Below, piece by piece: positions 1 to 9,330 of a stretch of DNA of 53,025 nt (positions are counted from its first letter, which is position 1; every line of letters begins with the position of its first letter). The position numbers were made by a program, and so were the translations under genes. The notes beneath the pieces were generated by a model. It saw only the letters and a program-made list of their open reading frames with translations, was not told the origin of the DNA and ran no database searches. Source of the stretch: a virus (lineage: Duplodnaviria > Caudoviricetes). Location of the stretch: positions 1-53,025 of the IMG/VR virus record IMGVR_UViG_3300036389_000008; one strand, given 5' to 3'.

Positions 1-1371
1 ATGAAAACACCGATGTCCTATTCACTCCGATTCAGATTTCGTAAAAATTACAAAGCCGGTCGGCAGCAGCTGATCTGCCGGCTGCGCGTAAACGGCGTGG
101 TGGCCACTGATTACGGTTCAGACGTTCGGGTGCCTGCTGAACACTTCGACATAAAAGCGCAGCAGGTACTCCCCTACCCGGTCGGCAAGCCTGATTCGAA
201 AGAGCGGCTAACGATGGAGTCGGTACGTAAGTACAATTCCCAGATTGCCACGGTACTGGCTCAGCACGAGGAAATTTATAATTTTCAGTCATCGCTTCGT
301 TATGACTCCGGCAAACGCTACCGGCCCAGCGCTGAATCCATTAAACGGCAATGGCTATTCGACGAAGAGCCGCCCATGCGGGAAGGTCCACCGCCGATCA
401 AGCTGCTCGACGCCTACCGGGAATGGCTGGCCGATCCTGACACCCGCGACGGGAAAGACGAAGCGACACTCAATCATTACTTCTACGGGCTGCATTATCT
501 GGAAATGCACCTAAGAACCATCGATAAGCCCGATCTGGAAGTATTAGGATTAACGCCTGGTTGGGGGCTCACTTATCACAAAGCGATTCAGGCCTACTTT
601 GCCGAAGAGAATCCAAACAAATCCTTTTCACCGGGCCGGGCTACCCGCTACGTTCGCCTACTTAGTAAAGCCCTCGACCGGCTTATATTATTAGATCGAC
701 TGCTTTACAATCCCTTCGCCAGTCTAAAACTACCCCGCCACAAGGATAAGCCCATTCGCTACCTGAATGAAGTACAGATCACAAAACTGTGGTTGCTGGA
801 TTTGATCGATACGGCCAATGTCGTGCGTAATTGGGCGCTACTGTGTTGCTATACTGGACTTGATTACGCTGACGCCGTGAAAGTCGCTCAAAGTCCAGAA
901 GAGTTTATGATGCTTACCGAGGCCGGGCCGAAACTAGTTTATCAGCGTTTGAAAGCAGGAGAGCAGGATTGGGGTGAATGCCACATTCCGCTTTTATACG
1001 AAGCCGAAACGCTACTGGGTCAGGCTGGCGACTGGCCAGTACTGGAAAACCAGACCATGAATCGTTACCTGCACATGTTCGAGGGGTTGATCGGCTGCAA
1101 ACATAGCATTACGACTAAAATGCTTCGAAAAACGGCCGGTGCCGTATTTCTGCTCAGGGGCGTTCGGGTGCAGGCCGTTCAGAAAATCTTAGGTCATAAG
1201 TTCATTACCACGACCCAGAAACACTACATTAAAATATTGCCATCCGTGGTTGACGAAGATATGCACAAGCTATTCAAGAACACACCCATGGAATTACCCA
1301 GGCCGAGTAAAACGTATTACCCGATGCCCGGTAAAAAGCAGTCTCCAGATCAGCAAGCCCCTAATCCATAA
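1..1371 (+). CDS. int: Tyrosine recombinase/integrase, Bacteroidota type
   Basis: Arm-binding-like N-terminus (ICRLRVNG), CCYTGLDYAD box I, KMLRKT and LGHKFITTTQKHY box II. Confidence 0.9.
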   Translation: MKTPMSYSLRFRFRKNYKAGRQQLICRLRVNGVVATDYGSDVRVPAEHFDIKAQQVLPYPVGKPDSKERLTMESVRKYNSQIATVLAQHEEIYNFQSSLRYDSGKRYRPSAESIKRQWLFDEEPPMREGPPPIKLLDAYREWLADPDTRDGKDEATLNHYFYGLHYLEMHLRTIDKPDLEVLGLTPGWGLTYHKAIQAYFAEENPNKSFSPGRATRYVRLLSKALDRLILLDRLLYNPFASLKLPRHKDKPIRYLNEVQITKLWLLDLIDTANVVRNWALLCCYTGLDYADAVKVAQSPEEFMMLTEAGPKLVYQRLKAGEQDWGECHIPLLYEAETLLGQAGDWPVLENQTMNRYLHMFEGLIGCKHSITTKMLRKTAGAVFLLRGVRVQAVQKILGHKFITTTQKHYIKILPSVVDEDMHKLFKNTPMELPRPSKTYYPMPGKKQSPDQQAPNP

Positions 1372-1539
1372 ATGACCGTCCTTGTCTATTATCAAGAACA
1401 GATTATTTACCTCTATCAGGTCGTAGCTACTCGTTACGGCCTGATGGCTGGTGATACGCTGACGGCAGATAACTGGAAACAGATCGTCAGTGATAATGCG
1501 CAGCACTACGCAAGGCTGAATACCATTTCGGCGAATTAA
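1372..1539 (+). CDS. Small hypothetical protein (55 aa, MTVLVYYQEQ...)
   Basis: ATG directly follows the integrase stop, open to TAA at 1537-1539; below the ORF-track cutoff. Confidence 0.45.
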   Translation: MTVLVYYQEQIIYLYQVVATRYGLMAGDTLTADNWKQIVSDNAQHYARLNTISAN

Positions 1540-1573
1540 CCTCCCCTCCCCCCGTATTTCCCTGAATTCTAGT

Positions 1574-1638
1574 CAACAGTATTTGAAAATTAATTTTCTA
1601 ATATTGTTGCAATATTGTCTAATACTGTTGTAAGTTTG
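1574..1638 (+). promoter_or_regulatory. Early promoter (-7 TAAGTTTG at 1631-1638) overlapped by operator-like repeats
   Basis: Matches Bacteroidota TAnnTTTG; repeats aatattgttg, aatattgtct, aatactgttg at 1600-1630 and inverted caacagtatt at 1574-1583. Confidence 0.6.
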
Positions 1639-1683
1639 CTCTTAGTAATAACCCCGCTTCCAACGGGAAAACCTAAGAACAAA

Positions 1684-1875
1684 ATGCCAGAACAAACAAC
1701 CCCCAGACTCGACCGCCCGGTCGATCTGCTCAAACGACACCTCGTCGATTGGCAGAAACTCAAAAACGCGCTGAATGCGCTCGACGAGCAAACGCACCAG
1801 ACCTATCTGGATCACCAGTACTGCGAAGCGGAAATCACCGAAGTCGAATCGAAAATCGCTGGATTTACATGGTAG
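1684..1875 (+). CDS. Hypothetical protein
   Basis: ATG at 1684 downstream of the promoter, A-rich leader. Confidence 0.55.
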   Translation: MPEQTTPRLDRPVDLLKRHLVDWQKLKNALNALDEQTHQTYLDHQYCEAEITEVESKIAGFTW

Positions 1876-2171
1876 CCCGGTCGCAGGTAATGATACTGGC
1901 GCATGCACTCCGGAAAGAGGGGGAGACCTTTTCCAGCGCACAAAAACGGGCTTGGGTAACGATTCGGCTAAAAGCTGAAATGATCGTCAAACCCGTCAGT
2001 TTCTTCTACCGCAAAAAAGACGGCAGTGAACGGATGGCCGTGGGCTACTTCGGTGCAGCACCGGCCACGAAAGGCGCTGACAAGCCCGGCTCTCCTTTAG
2101 TCATCAAGTACTTCGATACACTCGCTAACGACTGGCGCTCATTCCGCGCTGATCGGCTCATTCTCAATTAA
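1869..2171 (+). CDS. SH3 beta-barrel / WYL-like (DUF2693-type) protein
   Basis: VSFFYRKKDGSERMAVG ... YFDTLANDWRSFRADRL signature. Confidence 0.75.
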   Translation: MVARSQVMILAHALRKEGETFSSAQKRAWVTIRLKAEMIVKPVSFFYRKKDGSERMAVGYFGAAPATKGADKPGSPLVIKYFDTLANDWRSFRADRLILN

Positions 2172-2179
2172 TCTGACTT

Positions 2180-2473
2180 ATGCCTACTACAATTTTCACC
2201 GGCCACACGCTCAACCTGACAGATATCGTCAGCGTCGGCCCAGTCATGCAACTCAGAAAATACGATGGATATGCTTCTACCCGGCGCACACTATTCATTG
2301 AAATCTTCTGTAAACACGGCGTCACGTTAAAGCATGATGCTTACGTGCAGAATGTTTTTAGCCAACCCACTCAGGAAGAGTACGATGATTGGGATAAGCA
2401 GTTTCAGGCACTTACTGACAAACGCTTTGAACTAATTGAGCAATGGGGGCAAGCGCTGGAACTGTCTATCTAA
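2180..2473 (+). CDS. Hypothetical protein
   Basis: ORF in operon context. Confidence 0.6.
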   Translation: MPTTIFTGHTLNLTDIVSVGPVMQLRKYDGYASTRRTLFIEIFCKHGVTLKHDAYVQNVFSQPTQEEYDDWDKQFQALTDKRFELIEQWGQALELSI

Positions 2474-2721
2474 TTCACCTGGCTACGCCGATGGCTCACG
2501 CTAAACATTATATCGGGTATGCTCAGGATGTGTTGGCCCGGTTAGCGGAACACCGAGCCGGAACAGGAGCCCGGCTGTTGGCGGTCGCTGGTCAGCGCGG
2601 CATCGGCTTCGAACTTGTCAGGATGTGGCCCGGTGATCGCACGTTTGAGCGAAAAATGAAGAACCGGAAGAACGCCCCCCGTTACTGTCCGATCTGCAAT
2701 CCTGGCGTTTGCAAAATCTAA
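2443..2721 (+). CDS. Small GIY-YIG nuclease-family protein
   Basis: GTVYLIH...HYIGY...RLAEHRAG, conserved Glu, C-terminal CPIC. Confidence 0.75.
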   Translation: MGASAGTVYLIHLATPMAHAKHYIGYAQDVLARLAEHRAGTGARLLAVAGQRGIGFELVRMWPGDRTFERKMKNRKNAPRYCPICNPGVCKI

Positions 2722-2772
2722 CCCTTTCACCCGATCGGGGCCGTGTTGCTCCGACCATAAACCAATTTCATC

Positions 2773-3294
2773 ATGCCAAAACCAACATTAGACATTCTGG
2801 CCTCGCCGATCAAGCCGGAAGAAATCGAATGGCGGGTTCAGAACCAGACCAAAGATGGTCAGAAAGTCGTCGTCGTTCCCTACATCACGAATCGCTGTGT
2901 GATGGAGCGGTTCGACGCTCAGTTCGGCTGGGATGGCTGGGAAAATACCTTCGAGCAGGTGACCGATGGCTTTATCTGCTGCCTCACGATCACTACGGAA
3001 GATGGTCGCCGGGTGACCAAATCCGATGCCGCCAGCCGCACGAATGTCGAACCCGTCAAAGGTGGATGCTCCGATGCGATGAAACGCTGCGCCGTTCAAT
3101 TCGGCCTGGGTCGTGGTCTGTACCGCTATCCGAAAGTGATGATACAGACGACGGATAAATATATACCTGACTGGGCCGAACGGCTGCTCGATGCATTAGT
3201 CGTCAAAATCAATCAGGGTAGTTCAGTCAACGATGTGATAGTACTCAAACCTGAACATGCTAAAAATTTAGCTCCTGTCTCCAAACAATCTTAA
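2773..3294 (+). CDS. Rad52/Rad22-family ssDNA annealing protein (Sak/DdrA-like)
   Basis: EIEWRVQ, YITNRCVMERFD, KGGCSDAMKRCAVQFGLGRGLY. Confidence 0.85.
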   Translation: MPKPTLDILASPIKPEEIEWRVQNQTKDGQKVVVVPYITNRCVMERFDAQFGWDGWENTFEQVTDGFICCLTITTEDGRRVTKSDAASRTNVEPVKGGCSDAMKRCAVQFGLGRGLYRYPKVMIQTTDKYIPDWAERLLDALVVKINQGSSVNDVIVLKPEHAKNLAPVSKQS

Positions 3295-3306
3295 TCCCCC
3301 ATTCCA

Positions 3307-3759
3307 ATGAACATGAAAAATGCCACTAAAAAGCTGCTAGAAAGCTATTTCGGTAAGTCTTTAATGAATATGGACGGTCTGTTTGAAGTCCTAGAAAAGA
3401 CCGGAAATACAGAGATAGCCCTTGAATTAATGCTAGGGACATACCAACAACCCGAAATTCCAAAACAGTCTATAGTTAGACCAAGGTATGGGAATGAGAA
3501 GGTCACGGCTACGTTTCTGAGCTACGATAAATGGGAAGATAAGGTAAGCTTCAATTATACCGTAGTTGAATCTATTTACCGCTATTTCGACAATGACGTT
3601 GATCCTGCCACGATTACCTATGAGAACATAGCTCAGTTAGGTGATCTGAATTACTCCGGACGTCAGCGCATCGAACGCCAACACCCGGATGGTAAAACAA
3701 AAGTCGAAGAAAGTTCGACTGAACTCTACTACTGGCTGGAAGGTGCCAAAGGTCTATGA
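3307..3759 (+). CDS. Hypothetical protein
   Basis: ORF in operon context. Confidence 0.6.
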   Translation: MNMKNATKKLLESYFGKSLMNMDGLFEVLEKTGNTEIALELMLGTYQQPEIPKQSIVRPRYGNEKVTATFLSYDKWEDKVSFNYTVVESIYRYFDNDVDPATITYENIAQLGDLNYSGRQRIERQHPDGKTKVEESSTELYYWLEGAKGL

Positions 3760-4040
3760 CCACTGATGAATTAGATGCCCTCCCGGTCGGTACGACGTTG
3801 TACCTGCCGACCGACTGGGAGGTAGTTGCCTGGACATTCGCTGGCCGGGTCGCTAATCGGAACTGGTACACCCTCCTTTATCCGCCTGATCAGGATGGAA
3901 CCATCAACAACCGCCGACCGCAGTACATCGATGCGGTCCACCTGATGACCGCCCAACTCGATGAGCGCACCGCCTGGCGGGAAGTGGTTGCTGGTTTGGA
4001 TGAACGTAAGGTCTGGATTCATAAACACAAACTGAAGTAA
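3756..4040 (+). CDS. Hypothetical protein
   Basis: ATGA overlap with the upstream gene. Confidence 0.6.
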   Translation: MTTDELDALPVGTTLYLPTDWEVVAWTFAGRVANRNWYTLLYPPDQDGTINNRRPQYIDAVHLMTAQLDERTAWREVVAGLDERKVWIHKHKLK

Positions 4041-4891
4041 TGGCACAGTCCCTAACGCCCATGGCGAAGGCCATTCGGAATCTGGCCTACCGGCACGGTA
4101 CTTACAACGTGTTTGCTGATTTCTGCGAAATGGCAGCCTGTTCCTTCTCGAACGCCGTCGATAAGCGCAATTACGAGAAACGGGAAGCGCGCTATATGGC
4201 CATTGTCCAGAAATACAGCAAAGAGGAGGTCAATATCTTCCCGGAACTGCTCGGCATGCTGTCGATGGAACTCGAATACGGTCCGCGTGATGTAATGGGC
4301 GAATTATTCCACGAGTTGGAGCTACACAACGAGCACGCGGGTCAGTACTTCACGCCCTGGCACCTCTGCGAAATGATGGCTCAGCTGACCTACGGCGAGG
4401 ACATTAGCCAGATCGTTGAGCAGAAAGGCTACGTCAGCGCGCAGGAACCAGCCTGCGGATCGGGTGCTTTGATTCTGGGGCTGGCCAGTGCGATGCTGAG
4501 CAAGAAGATCAATTACCAGCAATGCCTGCACGTGTCGGCCATCGACCTCGATAGTCGCTGTGTTCACATGGCCTACCTGCAATTCTCGCTGCTTCACATT
4601 CCGGCAGTTGTCTATTGTGGCAATACGCTCACGCTCGAACTGCACGATGCCTGGTACACACCCGCGCACATTATGGACGGTTGGGACTGGCGACTTGGGC
4701 GCGCCGATCGGCCCGACAATCCGCTGCAGGAGCTATTAGCCGTTGTCGAAAAAGTAGCCCAGCTAACCGAACCGCCTGTGCCGGTAGTAACCGTTCCCGA
4801 ACAAACTGTTCCCGCTCCTGCTGCCGCTGTAAAAGCACCGAAGACGAAAGCCGCTAAACAGGCGGCAATGGGTCAATTAACCTTATTCTGA
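4040..4891 (+). CDS. N6-adenine methylase-like SAM-binding protein (HsdM-like, no NPPY motif)
   Basis: GQYFTP and EPACGSG motifs; ends GQLTLF. Confidence 0.75.
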   Translation: MAQSLTPMAKAIRNLAYRHGTYNVFADFCEMAACSFSNAVDKRNYEKREARYMAIVQKYSKEEVNIFPELLGMLSMELEYGPRDVMGELFHELELHNEHAGQYFTPWHLCEMMAQLTYGEDISQIVEQKGYVSAQEPACGSGALILGLASAMLSKKINYQQCLHVSAIDLDSRCVHMAYLQFSLLHIPAVVYCGNTLTLELHDAWYTPAHIMDGWDWRLGRADRPDNPLQELLAVVEKVAQLTEPPVPVVTVPEQTVPAPAAAVKAPKTKAAKQAAMGQLTLF

Positions 4892-4915
4892 TTATCAATT
4901 TAACCTCGTTTTTCT

Positions 4916-5593
4916 ATGAATTTTTTCCAACAACTCGCAGGCCTGGAACTGGTCGGCAATCTGAAATTAACCGTCACCGGATCGGCCGACAAAATGGTCG
5001 TTAGCGTCTTGCTCGACAACGACAAATGCGGGGACGATGCCCGGAAACATATCCCGCCGTTACTGCTGAAAGGCTCAGCCGCCGAAATGGACGGCGAATT
5101 CTTTTCCTCCATCGCTACGCCCCTGCAAAAATCGTCGGGCCTGATGGTCAATATGGAAACCTACCTGAAAGGCCAGGAGGAAGCCAAAAAGAAATCGGCC
5201 ATGGCGAAGGAAGTAGCTGATAAAGAAACCAAAGAAAAGGAGGCTAAGAAAAAACGCTACGATGAGTTCATGAAGAAAGTAGCGGATCTGGAGAAGGATA
5301 AAAAATACAAAGAGGCCATTGCCGCCCTGCCTGACGTGACCACCTATCCCGAACATGCCACAGCCATCGAAGCCCGGAAAAAAGAGCTTTCCAAGCACAC
5401 GACCGTTCAGAAATCCATATTCGACGAATTGCCCCCCGAAACCGGTTTGCCAGACCATCTGGAAGCTGAGCAGAAAGCCAATCAGGAGGAAAACTATTCA
5501 TACGACAGCGCTGAACACCGAGCCAGTGAATTAGGACTGGACGATCAAGAACCAGATTATAATGAAGATCAAAACGAAGAAAACGAAGAATAG
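4916..5593 (+). CDS. PRTRC system protein E
   Basis: MNFFQQL..., IPPLLLKGSAAEMDGEFF, charged helical C-terminal region, cluster context. Confidence 0.85.
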   Translation: MNFFQQLAGLELVGNLKLTVTGSADKMVVSVLLDNDKCGDDARKHIPPLLLKGSAAEMDGEFFSSIATPLQKSSGLMVNMETYLKGQEEAKKKSAMAKEVADKETKEKEAKKKRYDEFMKKVADLEKDKKYKEAIAALPDVTTYPEHATAIEARKKELSKHTTVQKSIFDELPPETGLPDHLEAEQKANQEENYSYDSAEHRASELGLDDQEPDYNEDQNEENEE

Positions 5594-5596
5594 ACC

Positions 5597-5815
5597 ATGT
5601 TACTAGCCACTCAATTACCCCGCACGTTTCAATTTACCAGCAAAGGTCAGACGATTCAACTGACCGACCCTGACCCGCAGATGAGCGACAAAGCGGTGCT
5701 GAATTTCTACGCCGGTACTTACCCGGAACTGACGACTGCCAAGATCACCGGACCGGAAATCAAGAACGACACGCTGGAGTATAAGTTCGAAACCACGATG
5801 GGCACGAAAGGATGA
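5597..5815 (+). CDS. PRTRC system protein C (prokaryotic ubiquitin-like)
   Basis: LTDPDP, FYAGTYPELTTA, C-terminal GTKG. Confidence 0.9.
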   Translation: MLLATQLPRTFQFTSKGQTIQLTDPDPQMSDKAVLNFYAGTYPELTTAKITGPEIKNDTLEYKFETTMGTKG

Positions 5816-5864
5816 GCCAGACACGCTTACGCTCCATTCGCTTAACCAGTACTGACAAAAAACA

Positions 5865-7007
5865 ATGGAAACTCGCTCAGTCAATCGGCGACTTCGGTCA
5901 CAATCTCAACCGTCTACCCGACGCGGCCAGCGTTCGCAACAATCCGCTGCGCTCGGTGCCGCTGACCGATCTGCCCATGGTTTTTTAAGTCATCGGTTTG
6001 CCTATCTGTGTGGTCGTAAAACGCTCACCAATTGGAAGAATCGGGAAAGGGATTTTTATAAGTCCCTTTCCTACCTCTGCGATTACTACGGCTTTCCGGC
6101 CCCGGTCAATGATCAGCCCTACCCGGCTAATATCGCCAGCGAGTTACACCGGGTTCGGGAGCTGCTCTGCGATCAGTCGCGGGAATACACGCTGGAAGTC
6201 GTCGAAGATGACGACGGCGGTATATGCCTGATGGTCGAGCAGGTCGTCGATACGATGCAGGATTTATACTACATACCCGTCCGGCCGCTATGGGATATGA
6301 AAGCCCTAGCGGACCGACCGGCGGCTGATCTGCTGATGTCCGTTTTCGCGTACCTGGTTGAGGTTGTCGGCGTGCCGTTTTACACCAAATACGGCTACGT
6401 TGCCTTTCAGTATGACCAGCTGGTCGATTACTATAAGTACGAATACGAGGATGAGGAAGATACGGAAAGCGTCGCCGAGTGTATTGCTGAGCTGGATGCT
6501 GCTCATAAAAATGGCGCGGTGTTTTACCGGAATCTAACCAGCCATCGTCACCTGCACGCGTTCGGTCGTCGTCTTCGTCGGTTTAAACCCGTTACGCCCC
6601 GAGAACAAGCCATTTGGCTCGTGGCTACCAAACTGTTCGCGCTGTATAAGGACTATCCGACCCGAAGGCTTGAGGATACCATCAACGAGCAGGTATTTAT
6701 TACCGACGACGGGGAAGTTGACAGCGATTATGAAGCATCCGAGCGGATTTCAGTCGATATGTACGTTTCGTTTATCTGGGACTTCGACTACATCCATGAT
6801 CAGATCGTCGAAACCTTCAATCAGTGCGAATACGCGAACGCGTCAGGTGTCGATGAGCCGCGGACCGTTATTTTTTTCGATCAGCCGCACCCGAAACCAA
6901 CGCATGATCTGACGTTTGATCGTGCTCTGTTTACGCTCATTGACGAATTAATTGCCGCCATGGCACCGCCAAAAGCCCATGAAAACAATAACCAAGCAGT
7001 TTCTTGA
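5865..7007 (+). CDS. PRTRC cluster protein (probable protein F)
   Basis: Position between proteins C and B; 380 aa, acidic. Confidence 0.6.
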   Translation: METRSVNRRLRSQSQPSTRRGQRSQQSAALGAADRSAHGFLSHRFAYLCGRKTLTNWKNRERDFYKSLSYLCDYYGFPAPVNDQPYPANIASELHRVRELLCDQSREYTLEVVEDDDGGICLMVEQVVDTMQDLYYIPVRPLWDMKALADRPAADLLMSVFAYLVEVVGVPFYTKYGYVAFQYDQLVDYYKYEYEDEEDTESVAECIAELDAAHKNGAVFYRNLTSHRHLHAFGRRLRRFKPVTPREQAIWLVATKLFALYKDYPTRRLEDTINEQVFITDDGEVDSDYEASERISVDMYVSFIWDFDYIHDQIVETFNQCEYANASGVDEPRTVIFFDQPHPKPTHDLTFDRALFTLIDELIAAMAPPKAHENNNQAVS

Positions 7008-7707
7008 TCTCTACAAGCCGAAACAGGCCTTGCTGATTTATCAGCACATGATGGAGTCGCCGATATGGGCAGGTGTGCCAAAATTTTACGTCGAATCCTA
7101 CGACATTGGGCCCGATGGTCGGCCGATCAACGCGCACCCGCTCACGGAAGCCGAAGCCGTCGAACTCTCAAAGTCGCTGTATGACGCCTACACCGAGAAA
7201 ACGGCGTTTCTGTGCCCTAAAGGACTGTTGCCCCGAAACGTGTTATACATCAATCCGTCGCCGGAAAACGGGTACGCGGTCTGGTATACGCCCATGCGGA
7301 AACGGCTGCTTTATTTCACGGATAATCTTTCGATTCCCAACGGAGCCGGTTACGTACCAGCCCTGGTCTGGAAAGCAACGAAAAAGAGCCTGACGCTGTT
7401 TGCGCTGCCCAGCAACCGCAAGCCGGGCGCTGACACCCCCTTGTACTACGCTCCTTTTTTTAACACGGCTGAGTCGGTATGTATGGGTACGGTGGAGGTC
7501 AGGATACCGAAAGGTATTTCACTCGAATCCTTTATGCAGGCCTGGGAGGACTATTTCTTCAATAGCTACTTCTCCCATACCCTGGGCACGGGTAATGTCG
7601 AAGGCAACATCGTGCAGCTATGGCAAAGCCAGATTGAAACGGGTGCAAAATTTCCGGTGAATGCACTCAAAAAAAGCGCGTCTACTTTAAAACATCTCAT
7701 CAAATGA
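6979..7707 (+). CDS. PRTRC system protein B (prokaryotic E2-like)
   Basis: YVESYDIG..GRPINAHPL, LYYAPFFN...VCMG (candidate catalytic Cys), WEDYFFNSYFSH. Confidence 0.88.
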   Translation: MKTITKQFLDLYKPKQALLIYQHMMESPIWAGVPKFYVESYDIGPDGRPINAHPLTEAEAVELSKSLYDAYTEKTAFLCPKGLLPRNVLYINPSPENGYAVWYTPMRKRLLYFTDNLSIPNGAGYVPALVWKATKKSLTLFALPSNRKPGADTPLYYAPFFNTAESVCMGTVEVRIPKGISLESFMQAWEDYFFNSYFSHTLGTGNVEGNIVQLWQSQIETGAKFPVNALKKSASTLKHLIK

Positions 7708-8486
7708 CACCGATCCACTATACCGCCAATTACCTACTGAACCCGACCAATCCGGTCTCTGTCGTGCTGATCGGCGCGGGTGGCACCGGCTCCCAGGTCT
7801 TGACGACGCTGGCCCGAATGAGCCACGCGCTGATTCAGTTAGGCCATCCGGGCTTTCACGTATCGGTTTGGGATGACGACGAAGTGAGCCGGGCGAATCT
7901 GGGTCGTCAGTTGTTTGCTGAATCAGAGCTTGGTTTTAACAAAGCGGTCGTGCTGATCAACCGCATCAACCGCTTTTTCGGCACCAACTGGAAAGCGTTT
8001 CCCAAACGGTTCGATGCGAAAACAGGCGCGAAGCATTCGGCCAATCTGTTTATTACCTGCGTCGATACGGTAGCGGCCCGGGTGGAGGTAGCTGCTTCCA
8101 TCCGGAAGATGCGAAAAGCGAAACAGAACGACCGGGATATGCCCTACTACTGGCTCGATTTCGGCAATAGTCGCTACACGGGTCAGGTTATGCTGGCAAC
8201 CGTTGACGCTATTAAACAACCGGAATCGAAGCAGTACAACCCGGTTGCTCAGCTGCCGTTCATTACCGACGAGTTTGCCGACGTGCTGCAACAGTCCGAA
8301 GCTGACGACAATACGCCTAGCTGCTCACTGGCCGAGGCCTTGACGCGTCAGGATTTATTCATCAATTCCACGCTGGCCACGATGGGATCGGCTCTACTCT
8401 GGAGCCTGTTCCGCAACGGCATGACCGAAAACCGGGGCTTCTTTCTCAACCTTCAAGATTTCCGGTCGCAACCGGTACGCGTATGA
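7704..8486 (+). CDS. PRTRC system ThiF-family (E1-like) adenylyltransferase
   Basis: GAGGTGS, DDDEVSRANLGRQ, CVDTVAAR, WLDFGN, PSCSLAEAL. Confidence 0.92.
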   Translation: MTPIHYTANYLLNPTNPVSVVLIGAGGTGSQVLTTLARMSHALIQLGHPGFHVSVWDDDEVSRANLGRQLFAESELGFNKAVVLINRINRFFGTNWKAFPKRFDAKTGAKHSANLFITCVDTVAARVEVAASIRKMRKAKQNDRDMPYYWLDFGNSRYTGQVMLATVDAIKQPESKQYNPVAQLPFITDEFADVLQQSEADDNTPSCSLAEALTRQDLFINSTLATMGSALLWSLFRNGMTENRGFFLNLQDFRSQPVRV

Positions 8487-8665
8487 TAACTAAACCTGAG
8501 AAAATGAACGCTGAAACATGGCGTCAGATTTGTTCGGCGGCTAAGGCTTACGCCAAACCACACCGCCATGCTTACCGCTATAACGCTGTACTAGATGCTT
8601 ACAAAGCCGGTGCAGTGAATCAGTGGCTAACCATAGTAGCAATCATTGATGAATTAGACCTATGA
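8483..8665 (+). CDS. Hypothetical protein
   Basis: ATGA overlaps on both sides. Confidence 0.55.
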   Translation: MITKPEKMNAETWRQICSAAKAYAKPHRHAYRYNAVLDAYKAGAVNQWLTIVAIIDELDL

Positions 8666-9306
8666 TTCAGCCTTTTCCGCTTGACTGGCCTGCGGGCCAT
8701 CGACGATCGGGACCGCTTGAACAGGAACGCTCGTCAGTCAAATCGCCAATCGCTACCCTGTACCGGTCGATTCATACCGAACTCAAAGCCTGGAAAGCGA
8801 CCGGCGTGATCATCTCGTCGAATGCCGTTCTGAAAAAGGACGGTACACCTGCGGCCCGGCAAACCAAGCCGGCCGATACGGGAGCCGTCGTGTATTTCTG
8901 GTACCGTAATGTTTTTTACGGTCTGAGCCTTGATCACTTCACGGATTTGCCGGGCAATCTGAAGGAAATCCGGGATATTTTGAACCGGTTTCGTCGCTTC
9001 TGGCGGCTGTATAACTACGGGGTAATGCTGAAAATGCTGGCTGAAATCGCAACAGTTAAACAGCCACAGCAGCAAGAAAGACAGCAGCAGAAGCAGGAAC
9101 CACCCCCGAAACAAAAAACGGAGCGTTCGGCTGAGGATTGGCGAACCGTGCTCGAATTAGGTAAAGTCGTCACGTGGTCGCAGGTACGGGCTAATTATTT
9201 AAGACTCTCCAAAAAATACCATCCGGATAAAGGCGGTAAAACGGAAGACTTCCAACGATTACAGGCCGCTTACGAAAAAGGGAAAAAGCATTTCAATTTT
9301 AAATAA
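8662..9306 (+). CDS. J-domain (DnaJ-like) protein
   Basis: C-terminal YLRLSKKYHPDKGG (HPD motif); N-terminal PLDWPAG...VIISSN. Confidence 0.85.
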   Translation: MIQPFPLDWPAGHRRSGPLEQERSSVKSPIATLYRSIHTELKAWKATGVIISSNAVLKKDGTPAARQTKPADTGAVVYFWYRNVFYGLSLDHFTDLPGNLKEIRDILNRFRRFWRLYNYGVMLKMLAEIATVKQPQQQERQQQKQEPPPKQKTERSAEDWRTVLELGKVVTWSQVRANYLRLSKKYHPDKGGKTEDFQRLQAAYEKGKKHFNFK

Positions 9307-9330
9307 AACGCACCCATAAGTCACAGCCTC

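Noticed and set aside
6277-6284. CCGTCCGG as a possible antisense partner of the leader motif
   Set aside because: Only 8 nt, inside a CDS, lacks the TAG extension; no convincing antisense RNA found by eye
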